This document shows positions 1 to 12,600 of a stretch of 64,000 nucleotides of DNA, one piece after another (position 1 is the first letter of the stretch; each line of letters starts with the position of its first letter). Origin of the DNA: Aplysia californica. Taxonomy: Eukaryota. The notes below the pieces were generated by a model. It did no database searches, was not told where the DNA came from, and worked only from the letters and a program-made list of their open reading frames with translations. The stretch covers positions 18,800 through 82,799 of the forward strand of contig NW_004798054.1 of NCBI RefSeq assembly GCF_000002075.1, given 5' to 3'. Both the position numbers and the translations under genes were made by a program.

Positions 1-52
1 TTCTTCTTCTTCTTCTTCTTCTTCTTCTTCTTCTTCTTCTTCTTCTTCTTCT
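1..52. repeat. (TTC)n microsatellite
   Basis: Direct reading. Confidence 0.95.
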
Positions 53-1077
53 TTTCCAGTGGAGTCAATGGTATAGAAGTTAGGCTAACGAACCCGAAAT
101 AGTGAGATCGCGTGTTTGGGGGGTTTGATTCTCAGCTTGGCCCGACGTTGTGTTCTTCCGAATTCACAAACGTCTCAATTGAAATGGTCCCTTCGTACTT
201 TAACGTTAAACTCGGAGGTCCCGCTTCTTAAAAAGCGTGTTCATAGGGGTGTTCAAATCTGTATCATTTTTCTTCTTTTTTCACTAAATTTGTTTTCCTC
301 TTCCAGTAGCAGATCTAAAACAAACATCGGTAATCATGCTCTTTTATCCATGTCTCACCTTGAACACTTTTTCTTATAGTTACCAAATTGTTCAAGCTTT
401 CATAACTAAGTTATTGATAGTCTTCCTCTACGTCTTTTGCCTTATTTTTTTTAAATCCAAGAAATGCTAAGATATCGTTCAAGGTCTTTTTATTGATAAT
501 ATCATTGATTCAAGCGTTCGCCCGGGGCTGCAAGTGTCTCTTTTGTTTTTCTAATTGTTTTTAGTCTGTTTTTTTAAAGTTTTTTTCTTGGGGATTTTTT
601 TTTTGCCTGACTGGGGGGTTTTTTTCCACCGACTGTAACACTTAGACTTGCTTCCACACTTCATTTTTTTGGGTTCAACTTGAACCACAAGCCCTACTTG
701 TACAGGAACTTGTAACGGAAAAGCATACACAGACGTATACTTCTAGATTGGGCACTGTCACGGTCGTTGCTCTTTGTCCACAATCATAAAAAAAAAAATA
801 CTTTTTAAAAATTAAAAGAAACAAAGAAACAAAGAAACAAAGAAACAAAGAAACAAACAAATTAAAAACCCCCAACGAACTTCGCTGTGAACCGTGCGCA
901 GTATGTGTCACACCTTAATTAAGCTTGATTAAATGATGGTCAATACATCAATAACGCAATTGTCAAGTGCGTGGTCTCTTTCCCTCCTTACTCTTCATTT
1001 AGCTCAAGTTGAGTTCAAAAGTGTGATCCATATTGGACCGGAATTCGGTCAGTATGCATCGTCTAGGGTATTGCAGT

Positions 1078-1155
1078 AATAATAATTAATAAATAGCATA
1101 ATTTGTATAGCGCATGTTCCCACTCGAAAGCAAGCTCTCTGCGCTTTACAGTACT
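1078..1155 (-). mobile_element. L2-type retroposon tail
   Basis: Reverse complement reads TGTAAAGCGCAGAGAGC..ATGCGCTATACAAAT..TTATTATT. Confidence 0.55.
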
Positions 1156-1308
1156 ATTGCATGCGGACGGATTGAGATTGTGACGGAATAAGACTGTCGT
1201 GTGAACGATTAGGACTGATTGATCTAAGGGTGTTGTGCCTATCTCTGTGACGTCATGTACCGGGGGGCTTGCTAATTGTATCGCGTGTTAATTTCTGAGT
1301 ACGTGTCC

Positions 1309-1591
1309 GTGTGTGTGTGTGTGTGTGTGTGTGTNNNNNNNNNNNNNNNNNNNNNNNNNNNNNNNNNNNNNNNNNNNNNNNNNNNNNNNNNNNNNNNNNN
1401 NNNNNNNNNNNNNNNNNNNNNNNNNNNNNNNNNNNNNNNNNNNNNNNNNNNNNNNNNNNNNNNNNNNNNNNNNNNNNNNNNNNNNNNNNNNNNNNNNNNN
1501 NNNNNNNNNNNNNNNNNNNNNNNNNNNNNNNNNNNNNNNNNNNNNNNNNNNNNNNNNNNNNNNNNNNNNNNNNNNNNNNNNNNNNNNNNNN
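1309..1591. repeat. (GT)n microsatellite running into an assembly gap (N)
   Basis: Direct reading. Confidence 0.9.
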
Positions 1592-1660
1592 TAGGTATCT
1601 GTGTGTCTGTGTATTTGACAGGGAAAGAAAGACAAACCTATTTTGGAGGCTGATGTATCT

Positions 1661-2230
1661 AATAATAATAATAATAAATGACATTTATATAGCGCTCAAC
1701 CCCGACTAAAGTACACAGGCTCTGAGCGCTTTACCATACAGCACAACGCACAACAGTAACATAAAACGTTGTGTTCTATTTAAAAGAAAATTACTCAAAA
1801 TATCCATCTTATTAATTTAAAACAGAAACGACTTCAGTTGACATTTGATGAATCAAAAGATTTGATTTCTCTTAAAGAGCTTGGTAAAGTATTCCTGATC
1901 TTGGGGCCTTGTATTTAAATGCCCTTTCACCCATTGTTTTAAGTTTCACAGATGGTAAAATAAATTTCTTTTTGTCAGCTGATGACCATAAACTGCCAGT
2001 TGGAAAGTAAGTCTTAACAGTTTTGATAAATATGATGGTACATAATCATTCAAACATTTGTCACATAGGGTGGGCAACTTGTACACTATTCTTTTCTCAA
2101 CAGGAAGCCAATGCAATGTCCATAAAAGAGGTTTAGCAGAGTCTCGCTTTCTTTTCCGTAAAACTGAAAGTGTAGCATTGTTTTGGACAGTCTTTGGAGG
2201 AAGAAACGGGAGTTTCTTGAGTCTTTTCAA
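1661..2230 (-). mobile_element. L2 LINE 3' fragment, more diverged copy
   Basis: Same tail and LHWLPV segment as the other two copies, with more substitutions and indels. Confidence 0.9.
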
Positions 2231-2680
2231 TGCCTGTAGTGAAGAAGGAAATTGCAGTAAGAAAGCAACAGAAGGGAAAGGTGCAAAAGGAAAAAGAGAT
2301 AAAGTAACAGAGGCAAAGACAGATCAAAGAGCATAGAGCCAAAGAGTGAAGCAGAGCACACAAAACCCCCCAACAAAACAGAACAAAGAAACAAAGAAAG
2401 AAAAAACATTGAAAACAATGGTCTAGAGGAACAGAGTTGCAACGCAGACCAAAACAAAATAAGAGAAAAGAAAAAAAGAAACAGACACAAATGTAGAAGA
2501 AAAGAAGAAACAGAAGAAAATAGATTAAGACTATTAGTAAAGACAAAAAAACCCAAACAGACGGGAAACATAGACAAAAAGAGAGAAAGTAATAGGAAAA
2601 AGAGAAAAAAAAAACCTCACAAAAAACTAAACGAAGCAAAACAAGAAAAACCCAAAGAAAAAAGAAAAGAAAAAAACCCC
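2230..2680. repeat. A/G-rich low-complexity tract
   Basis: Purine-rich degenerate repeats; they account for the Phe/Leu-rich spurious ORFs 2133-2729 and 2227-2577. Confidence 0.8.
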
Positions 2681-2989
2681 AACTATTTAACGACACAATA
2701 GTGTCTGCCCCCGTCAGCCCTCCAGGCATGACACGCCCATGCCGACGTGTATTTGCCCACTCTCAGCTCACCACCCTGCAGGCCGACGGAACTTCTCAAC
2801 AACAGCAGAGGTGACGCCATTGACGGCTACAGCCATGATTGATTTCTCAAAGTGCATTTTTTCCCAACAAGTTTTCAATCAATGACAACATTTATCGGAC
2901 AGACGTAAATGTAAATGTATAGACTGAAACCGTCTATTTTGTGGTTCTTACAAGTATATTATTTTCCCCCTTCGGACTTCTCTGCGACA

Positions 2990-3062
2990 TCCACCCTTTG
3001 GCGCTCATATGACCTTATTATGCAGTTGCGAGCGCCGTTAAACCTTGTTAAAACTAACTTAA
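2990..3062 (+). mobile_element. Short 3' tail of the same retroposon family
   Basis: GGCGCTCATATGACCTTATTATGCAGTTGCGAGCGCCGTTAAACC..AAAACTAACT. Confidence 0.65.
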
Positions 3063-4055
3063 CAGGTGTATTATCAGGGTTAAAACGCAATTGCCTATGT
3101 CGTTATTTTATTTCGATAAGAGAGTATGCTCCGACCAACAAAAACAAAAAAAGAAAATTCTAAAAGTGTTCATCTTGTCTGAGACTAAATTTTCTTTCTC
3201 CATCTGTCGTTTTTGTCCGTCTGTCTTGTTTTAACTGCACCAGATGAACGTTACTGTGTCTATGCGCTCGTTTAACTGCACTAGATGACGGTATAGTTGT
3301 GCTGATGTGCTTCTCTTTTCTCATACATTACCATTGGCAACGCACTCTGTGAAACGTCACAGCAACTGCAACAAACCTGCACTTATCAAGACATGGCAAG
3401 GGACAAAAGAGCGGGAAATTCAGCGGTTGCTGGGTCAATGACAACATTGGCAACTCACACAAAAACAATGAAATTTTACGATTTTACACTTTTTTGATGT
3501 CATAGGTTATGCAGGAAGTCTTGTATGAAAAAACTCAATATGCAAAGGAAATTTAAATAATACTATTGATATGAGGTTGCATGTTATGGGCTCATTTTGT
3601 ATGACATTTAGAGAAGTTGCTAACTGCCCTGCGTCAAACCCCAAATGATGTACTCTTGGATGTTGATTGTTTCGAGGGTTTTAGCGACTCTTCACAAACA
3701 TGGGTCCATTTGATCGGACATGGACGTTTAAGTCTTATATTATGACTCTTCATACAAAGCCTTTAAGGCAGAGCATAGAAACACCAAACAAATAATGCAA
3801 ACTTACGCTTTTCTAGAAAAATTAAAAAAAACAAAAACAAAAAAACCCAACAAAGAACAAAAAAAAAACACACACAAAAAAGCACAAATTAAAAAAAAAA
3901 CCGTCTGCAAAATGAAGCTGTGAAAGATAATCGAAAGAACTGTGATTTACCAATGCGTACTCGCTCTAAGCAAAATCTATTTCAGAAAAACAAGAGATCC
4001 GGCACCTTGGGCAGGGACTCAAATCCATCTTATAAAACAGCTTTTGAGTTAATAT

Positions 4056-4056
<1 letters not shown>

Positions 4057-4144
<88 letters not shown>

Positions 4145-4244
4145 NNNNNNNNNNNNNNNNNNNNNNNNNNNNNNNNNNNNNNNNNNNNNNNNNNNNNNNN
4201 NNNNNNNNNNNNNNNNNNNNNNNNNNNNNNNNNNNNNNNNNNNN
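4057..4244. repeat. (TATC)n microsatellite running into an assembly gap
   Basis: Direct reading. Confidence 0.95.
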
Positions 4245-5239
4245 CCCCCCCCCCCCAACAAAAATTAACAACACAACAACTGAAACGAATAGTTTTAATA
4301 CTAGATTCTAGATCTAGATCTACTATCTACTGTGTAAAAAAGCGAGAGAAACAACAATACTAACATTGTTTAAAAATGATGCAAGTAACTACTGTCCATG
4401 GAGTTGATATCTAGATCTAGATCTAGATTAGTTCAAGAATTTTGAACCAAAGTTAAAAAGGATTCCATAGGCTACTTCAGAAAATATTATATAAATTATT
4501 ATGGTTTTGTTTCTTTTACTTTCTTCATATTTTTGTAGTGTAATAATATTTTCTTTCAGTTCCCACAGTTATTTCCCTTCTTACTTCTTACGTTTGGTTG
4601 GGTTTAGTCAGGGAGTATTCTTTCCACCATGAAGCAGTAAAACGAAAGTGAGTATGGGCTATTTTATTTTTGCAGGAAACATAGTAGAATTAAGGCCAAT
4701 AGGTAGCGGCCAGTATTATTTTTTCATCGATCTGATTAAGCATTACTGGTATTTTTCAAATTTGAAATGAAAGCGTTACCCTTGGCTGCGAGGGACGCCA
4801 CAATGGCTGCCGTTTTGTGCACTTCCGGATATGATTGTCAACAAAATATTTACACAAAACCACAGATTTCGATGTAGCATTAACTTTCTTGCTTTTACAT
4901 CGAAAGAAAGATAGAAGATATTTTCCAGTTTGATGTGACATAACACTTGCCAACAAGTTAGTAGACCATCATTAATATTGGTATTTGGTTTCTATTGTTG
5001 TAGATTTTAGTTGTAGCCGAATTTGTTGGCATGTCGGAACTTGAAAATGACACCCCTGTCCTGTCAGTGTGTGTTGTTAGTGATACTGAGTGTACTTAAG
5101 CGTTTTGACGTTCTGTTGTTGAATTTAAAGACATCCCTATCAGCAGGTGGGTCTGCTGTTCCTGCTTAATGTTATGTTAGTGAGACCAATGTCATTTGTT
5201 TGCATTAGCCTAAGCCTAAGGCTTTGCCTAAGGGCGTAT

Positions 5240-5775
5240 GAAAGTGGCTATTCTCACGCGAGTAGCGCGAGAACTTCCGGTCAAAACAAAATGGCGACCC
5301 GCGTAGTTCGGCTCGATTCGAAAAGTTAAATAGCTGTAGCATCTTTGTAGACAACCAAATTAATTTACTTTTGTGTTTTAACATCATTTTTTAACTTTGT
5401 TTTGGTCAATTTGATCGTCCACACCGATAGACAGTATTCAGAAAGAGACAGAGAGAGAGAGATAAGGGAGGAGTAGATCTTGCGAGAACTTCCGGGCAAA
5501 AAAAAATGGCGACCCACGTAGTTCGGCTCGATTCGAACAGTGAAATAGCCATAGCATCTTTGAAGACGATCAAATTAGCTTACTTTTGTGCTATAACGTA
5601 ATTTTTTCTTGGCTTTTATCAATTGGATCATCCACACCGATAGACAGTATTCCAAAATGAGGAAAAGCAGTTCTTGTTTCGCACCGGGTGAGAATAGCCT
5701 ACGCTGGCAATTTTCACCCGGGGTGAGAGGTAGATCGTTTTTCTATTCTCACCCCGGATGAGAATAGCCACTTCC
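5240..5775. mobile_element. Non-autonomous TIR element with internal ~200-bp dimer; second copy at 60236-60751
   Basis: TIR GAAAGTGGCTATTCTCA / TGAGAATAGCCACTTCC; dimer starting GCGAGAACTTCCGG..AAAATGGCGACCC; repeated CACCC(C)GGGTGAGA palindromes. Confidence 0.72.
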
Positions 5776-5794
5776 TAAATCATAGATGGAAGAG

Positions 5795-6230
5795 GCTAGC
5801 TGTACTTAATGACGGCTAGACTGGCAGTCTAGCAGTACTTTAAGTACGGCTAGACAGCTGGGCTAGCCGTATTTATTATTAATATGATGGCTAGACTGAC
5901 CATTAAAAAAAATAGGCCTACAGAATTGTAAATATAAATTTTTAGTTTGCAGTACCTAAAGTATTTGTATTTGAGACAAAACCAGGTGCCTTAGCCTTAA
6001 TGACAGTGCATGTATATTTTAAACCTCCTGTTTTCTTATGTTAATAGGGCCTAAGATAAGTACGGCTAGACTGGCCGTACTTAAGTATGGGTAGACAGCT
6101 TACTGACTTGCATGTATTTGAACCTGAATAATTACTAGATCTAACTAATGAGACCTGTGTACTTAACAGGCTTGAGTCAATAGGGCCAAACCTAGATCTA
6201 AGTACGGCTAGACTGCCAGTCTAGATGTAA
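5795..6230. repeat. Dispersed palindromic motif array TACTTAAGTACGGCTAGACTG
   Basis: About six direct or inverted copies of (A)CGGCTAGAC and TACTTAAGTA; probably subterminal repeats of a decayed DNA element. Confidence 0.5.
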
Positions 6231-6449
6231 ATTACACCAGAAATGTGTTCTTTAATGGTCATGAAAGGTGTTGAGCCAACAAACGAAATCCGATAAAAAT
6301 TTCGAAACCTGCGGAAAAATGCCAGTTTTTTTACTTTCAATATTTTGACGAGCGCCTGATTTCATCACGCTGCCTCACAATATGTTTACAGTCTCAGTTT
6401 TCATCATATGTTGACCCCAGCCTTTTGGATGGTGCTTTACACTTAAAAA

Positions 6450-7247
6450 AGCCTCGGTTACCCTCAACAATAAATTGTATCAGATTCGTGGTATGCTAGA
6501 ATTATCCATTTTATCGAACTGTGTTGTCTGTTTACACATTCCAATATGTCGCCTGTTTTCTTTCGATCGAGGAGATTCCTCTTAATAAAGCCACCTTGTC
6601 TCTTTGCGATGACAGCGATTTGCCTACACTCTATGTGAAGGTTTCGAGCCCGGGAACTAATGAATGATTGAAGGGCAAACACTGTACCTCTAGATCACGA
6701 GAGCCACTCCCTCCCCTGTACATTCTGACAAATAGCTGAACAGTGTCTGTAGAAAAGGTGGTCATACTGTACCGTGTTGTGTTTAGAAGTAGAAGCTTTG
6801 ACTTGATTTCAGATGTGTGCAATGCACCGAGTGATCTTGAAACACAACTTCACCATTGACGATCTATTAAATAATAAAACTGCTAAAATTTACATAATTT
6901 CGCATCGAATCAGGTTCTTGAGAGCTTTCTGCTTATTTTGAGATGCTGATTCTGAAAATGAAATCAGTTTTAAGATGTGGAAATTATTTTTAAAATTTTG
7001 CACCTCATGTTTAATCCTGCACCGCAGCAAATTTAAAAGTGATTCAATGACAATGTCACAGCACGTCTCCCCCAAATCTGATACGTGATCACACGAAAAT
7101 ATCAGGCAACACTTGATTTCTCGACCGATTCTCCAAGCCATCGTCCAATCATCCAAATTTTGTACAATTTTGTGTTATACCTACCTAATGATTTATATGA
7201 TCGCTAGATCATCCAGTTGTTGTACAATATTGCTTGTAACCGGGGCT
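6450..7247. mobile_element. PIF/Harbinger-like non-autonomous element
   Basis: 11/12 TIR match AGCCTCGGTTAC / AGCCCCGGTTAC (rc); right flank TAA. The superfamily is inferred from the termini only. Confidence 0.5.
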
Positions 7248-7721
7248 TAAGTGTTTGAGTCTGAGTCCAAACTCAATTCGTATCTGACAGGCTTCAGCGT
7301 GGTAAAACTTGGTGTGTATCATTACAAGTCAATGTTATAAATGTATTTTTATATCCTTAACTCTTCACGCCCAGAATTATTTTTCACTAACTCACCCATT
7401 ACGCCAGCATTAATTTCTTCAGAGCCCCTATTACAATAATAGGGTACCTTCTCGTTCAAATTGATTCTGCCGCCATATTTTTTCATTGAAAATATTATAT
7501 TAATACAACTGGAAAGGTAATTGAATGAGCTATCGCAATAGATGAGTTGATTGTTATTTATGTAATTAAATAAGAGCAATAACACAATAAAGGGAGGTAA
7601 TAACTGAAAAATAATGAAATGGCTAGTTGGATGAGTTTCACCCAGCTTACTGTTACCATTTTCCGTGAAATACCAGCTGATTCTCTATAGAAATGTTTAT
7701 GTAAATCACCTGATAGTAATA

Positions 7722-8389
7722 CAGTCGAACCTGCCCTGACGGCCACCTGTACAAATGGCCACTTTCCATTTCCTCCCTTGCGTTTTTTCTGTAGATAATT
7801 TTACTGTGTAAAACGGGCACCTGTCCAACGCGGCCGCGGCCACCATATTTTAACACAGAACCCCTATCGCACTAAGCAATAACACCTGTCTTAGACGGCC
7901 ACCTTAGTGGCTCCATTACATTTTGTCATAAATCATGCATTGACCCCTGGCGTTGTGATCCAGCCGTCATAATCCAATCACTTTTAGTTGTTGTTAGGTA
8001 GTCCCTCGAACCGATCATGTTACGTAGGCCCCTCCCACTGTTGACCAATAGGTACCAATTTTCAGCTGCAGGTGAGGTTAGCGTGTAATCCCTCATAACC
8101 CATAAGTGAGATCAGTGGTCACTGTTTACCCAGTCTGTAACAAAGTAACAATGGACGTCAACATGAGCTTGCGACAGAAGCGTCGCTTGTTCTCCGAGTG
8201 GTGGCAACCCATGTGTCAGTTTTAACATGGCACTCGCGGTTTTCCTCGTCTTATACATTTCGTATTGTCACCCAGGCGCAAAATCAGCAACAAAATAAAA
8301 ATAACAAACAAAATACAAACCAACAACAATGCGGCTACTTTCGATTAGGACTTCAGATGGGAATGGTTTGTTTTCTTCATCTTGATCAG
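7722..8389. mobile_element. Tc1/mariner-type MITE with right end missing (uninterrupted relative of 44890-48717)
   Basis: TA|CAGTCGAACCTG start; homology to 44890-45008, 46484-46520 and 48113-48631; right TIR absent. Confidence 0.8.
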
Positions 8390-8609
8390 TCTTCGGGGAT
8401 TTCGTTTTACATGGATCTTTGCCATAGGCCATGGTTGACTGTGAAAACAAACAGTCTCACTTATTTCAATATTGACACTTCAGACTAAAAAGACACACGC
8501 AAAATTCTCTTTTTAAAGCTTCTGTTCTTGAAACAAATACATTCGGAAGTCGCAAAAAATTGCCAATAATAGCAGTAGGTAGGCCTACCGTTTTTAATAA
8601 AACCGTATA

Positions 8610-8736
8610 AAAAACGACGACTGAGTCATTCCTCCATGGAAACCACTTTCGGCCAGCGACGACTGAGTCGTTGCTCCGAGCGGAATCAGTTTAAAACAAT
8701 TTATTTCAGGATGTCTTTTATTTCTCTCAGGTACAT
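8610..8736 (+). promoter_or_regulatory. Candidate RPGRIP1L promoter / non-coding first exon with RFX X-box half-site
   Basis: CpG-containing patch with CCATGGAAAC (8634-8643), duplicated CGACGACTGAGTC and a candidate donor CAG|GTACAT at 8730/8731, about 0.9 kb upstream of the first coding exon. RFX control of ciliary genes is established; the location is inferred. Confidence 0.4.
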
Positions 8737-9615
8737 TTTAGATAGTGCCATAGAGGTCTGTGTGAGAAAAATATTGTACACACAAATACTAACAGTAACA
8801 ACAGCAATCATAAGAGATATTACTGGAAGTATAGCAAGGACAGCCGAGTTACACGTACATCTCTTCTTTTTTTCTGTTTTCAAATTAGTTAACTATTAAA
8901 CTATTAAGTCTTTTAACACAAAGCCATTTGACATGGAATTCTCATTAACACGAATTAAAGCATTTCAAATATATGGTATGTTTCCCTATTCTGTGCATTG
9001 CAACTTGTATTAAGAGTTTAAAAAATTCCAGCAGATCTGGTGAAGACAGGAATGTAGAGCCATTTCATCATTCCTCCTGGCTGACTCCCCTTTTCTTTTC
9101 TTCACTCACAGTAGCCAACTGTTGTCAATACATGTCACACAACAGGCATTCAATACACTAAGACTTCCCATCGAGTTTGATAGCACTTCCCAAGTGCTGT
9201 GGATGGGGAGAGCGTGGCTTTGTTTTGCTTGACAATGCAAGGAACTTCATTCTACACTGTGCAATGAAGGCGTAATTTTTTTCAGTTTTCAAAAGTTGGC
9301 AGCTTTGCTGGTGTTATTAATTATTAATGACTAAAAGTAACACAAGGCATAGTATCTGAAGTTAGAAATGCTTCCTCTTTTTTGTTCTTTTGCATTATCA
9401 CCCTGCTGGACATGCAGATTGCTAAAAAAAAATTCTCAGATCCTGTATAGTTTGTGTTATTAGGGTTTTAGCTTCAACACAGTAGCTGAAATTTCTCAGA
9501 ATGTGCTGTTATATGATATGCTTTCTTATAAATATAAATCTATCTTTTTATATAGTCTCACTTCACTGGTTTGTTTTTTTCATTTTTGCAGTTTGGTTTG
9601 GTCGAATTTACCAAA

Positions 9616-12600
9616 ATGGCGGATGACAACATTCCGACAAGGGATGTCAGCAACAATGCCATCAAACATCTGACCAGTGAAGGTATGTATGAAGACTTAT
9701 TACCGTCATATTTTATAATAATTATGGTTGAATCAATGAAAACAGTGATTTTGGGGGTTCTCGTGACCTAGAGGTTAAAGTGTTCACCTCTAATTCACTA
9801 GGTCCCGGATTTGAATCCGGATAGCGACGGAAATTTTTCTTCTCTAAAGTTGTCTCTTTTCACTTCCTTTCCTGCTCTCTAACAATGTTCTGTCGTCTGC
9901 TTTCGCCTCCACTTTTTGCTATCAGCCCCTCACCTCTTTTCCCCCTTTCCTCTGGGCTCCTGACTCTTTCTGCAGCCTTTCTACTGCTACTCTGTGGCTC
10001 CCTCCTACTTACACGTCTTTCAGCCACACCCCTAATCTTATGGTAGGAAAGATCTACACCTGGACCTCTTGGATAAGGGCGAAAAACTCAGAGGTCTCGT
10101 GTGCAAGTTGCGCACATTAAAGATCGCTTGGTGGTCCAAAATTGATGAAAGTAGGCTTCGGCCGCCACCCGGGCAAAATTCAAAATTTACTACCTGCTGA
10201 AAAATGTTTGCTGTGTCCCCTGCGCTCATATGACCTTAGGCACTTGCGAATGACGTAAAACACTTACCAAAAAAAAAACCTCATTGATTTTCTTGTATAC
10301 TTACCATTCCTGGTGTTTCTGAAGAAGTATTTTACATTTTGATTAACGTTTCATTCACTTTTTGCATTTTGTATTTGTGTTTAACAGCGGCACAGCAGCG
10401 TCAGCATGCTGCAAAATTTTCTCGTGATGAATTGGAGGATAAATATCTGCGCATGTATGAGGAGTACATTATCCTCAAGAAATATGCTCGGAAGCAGGAA
10501 GACAAGATTAAAAAGTATGTAATGAGGCTGCTGTTGTTTTGTTTGTAAATAATGTAACTGTCCGGTCTACTTGTAGTAGAACTTTACGTCTAGACTCATT
10601 TGTTGGCTGTGGCTTCTGTCAATGTCAGGACATACATCAACAGGATATATAGGCTATTTAGTTGGAAAACAGATGTAATGGGTAGGCCTATCAGGGTAAA
10701 AATAACAGTATGTAAACAGTCCTTTTCTTTAGAATGTTGCAGTCAGAGGTGCTGCTGTTTAGTTTTAGTTTTTATCTCTAAAAATGACATGAAAGAGTTT
10801 CTAGAAAAGGGGGTACAAAATGAGCTGGAAGATCATTTGCCCACCTTGTTCCATCAGTTTGGAAATTTCTTCCCCAACCCTTGAGACATACAATATCTGA
10901 GTATTCTGAGTCTAAATTTTAAAAAATTTTAAAGGCACATTTAATGACATCATTTTTATGTCAGTAGATTCATGTTTAGTACAAAGTTATGTAAATGACT
11001 ATATATCCATTTATGTATTTTGCAAATTGCATTGTGTATATTATTTTATTATATATGTGCTCATTTCGTAATGATGTGTAAGCGTGCGCGTGTGAAAAGC
11101 AAGTAGATGTGTGTGTGTGTGTGTGTGTGTGTATGTTTGGCGTGCACGTGTGTGCACATGTGTGCGTGTAATAGGTGCGTGAGTATGTGTGTGTTTGTGT
11201 GTGTTAGTGTGTGTGTGTATGTGTATGAGTGTGTGTGTGTATGCATGTGTGTGTCACATGCGTGAATATTGTTCGTACATGCATTTATGTAAAGCGCCTA
11301 AGGCTGTGTTTACACGGGAGTAGGCGCTATAGAAATGATCTTCATTATTATTATTATGAAACACATAAATTTGGCTTATTGTATTTTACAGAATGGCGAC
11401 GAAACTTCTCAAGCTTGTTAATGATAAGAAGAAAATGGAAGAAGGTATTTATTTATTTTTTTTCAATCTCATCCGCCACTTTCATTGCTCAATGTTCATT
11501 TTTATAGAGGTCATTTTACTGTAAGCGTAGTTTAACTTGAGGTCTAACTTTTGTGAAGGGCTGTCCAAAATCTTTAGTTATCAAAGATGTTGCTACTGCC
11601 TTTGTGTAAGACATAAGCAGTCCCTGTGTTCTTGAAGGTTTGGATGTATTGTTTTTGGCATGCAACATCTTTGAATGATGTTGCTTTCTTGTATATTCCA
11701 GTCAGGACTACTTTCAGTAGGCCTAAGGACAGCATAGCAGCAGAATTTACATAATAAAATGCTGTCTACTCTTACAGATGAATTGGTTTTCAATTTTGTT
11801 ATTTTAGTTTGTGAAGAATAAGAATTAATGGCCATTAGATAGACCAACAGAGTGTGCCTTTGCCTGTCAAGTTTTTGTATTGAGAAGGGGAAAACAGTTG
11901 CTACAGGAGTGTCTTTGGAATATCTAAGTTTATTAAGCAGGGGAATGGTGTTACATACATACATATATACATATAAGGGGCTGACATGCAAAACTGGCTA
12001 CATCCATTTTATCACTTTTGAGAAAATCAGCTTTTTTTTTGGATGCTGCTAAACGCAGGAAAATACGTAAAAAGAAGATAGATTTTTTGGTGGCTTTTAT
12101 AAAGCATGTGTTGGGTTGTGGCCGAAAACACTTTGTGCATCTGATAACTGGTAACAATGTGCATTAATAAGCAAAAAATCTAGATTTTTTCCAAAATGTC
12201 GCTAGCGGGTTTTGCATCATACCCCCTCATATGTAGTGCTCTGCCAAACTATATATTACAATTGCAGTATAAAGAATTTGGTAGTTGAGTTTCAGACTGA
12301 ATATGGTAAGTATGTATGCAATTCTTATCCTGCTTTCTCAATGTAAAAGTGAACTGGGATGTGTGAATTGCCTTCTTGAGAGTGTGCATTTGGACACAAA
12401 AGTGGGACACTGCTATTTAAGCTTGTGATGAAACAGTTTTGTTTTTCTTTGCACATAATAGTTTATAAAATGTTGCAGGCAAAGGTGGTAAAAGTGCTGC
12501 TGCTGCAAGTGAAGACAGAGTTGAAGAAATGAGTGCTAAAATCCGAGAACTGGAAAAGCAAAATGGTCAGCTGAGAGAAAAAGTGAGTTAAATGGGTTTG

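Noticed and set aside
53-530. Possible LINE 3' end on the - strand using the (GAA)n tract as tail
   Set aside because: Only a short peptide (DILAFLGFK) with no diagnostic motif; too weak to call.
1253-1709. Long ORFs spanning N runs (also 3920-4363 and 35721-36170)
   Set aside because: Artefacts of assembly gaps and flanking microsatellites.
2133-2729. 198-aa hydrophobic membrane-protein-like ORF
   Set aside because: It is the reverse translation of an A-rich low-complexity tract joined to an L2 fragment.
9753-9830. tRNA-like heads (also 39896 and 50060)
   Set aside because: Degenerate boxes, no convincing cloverleaf, and they continue into SINE bodies, so they are not tRNA genes.
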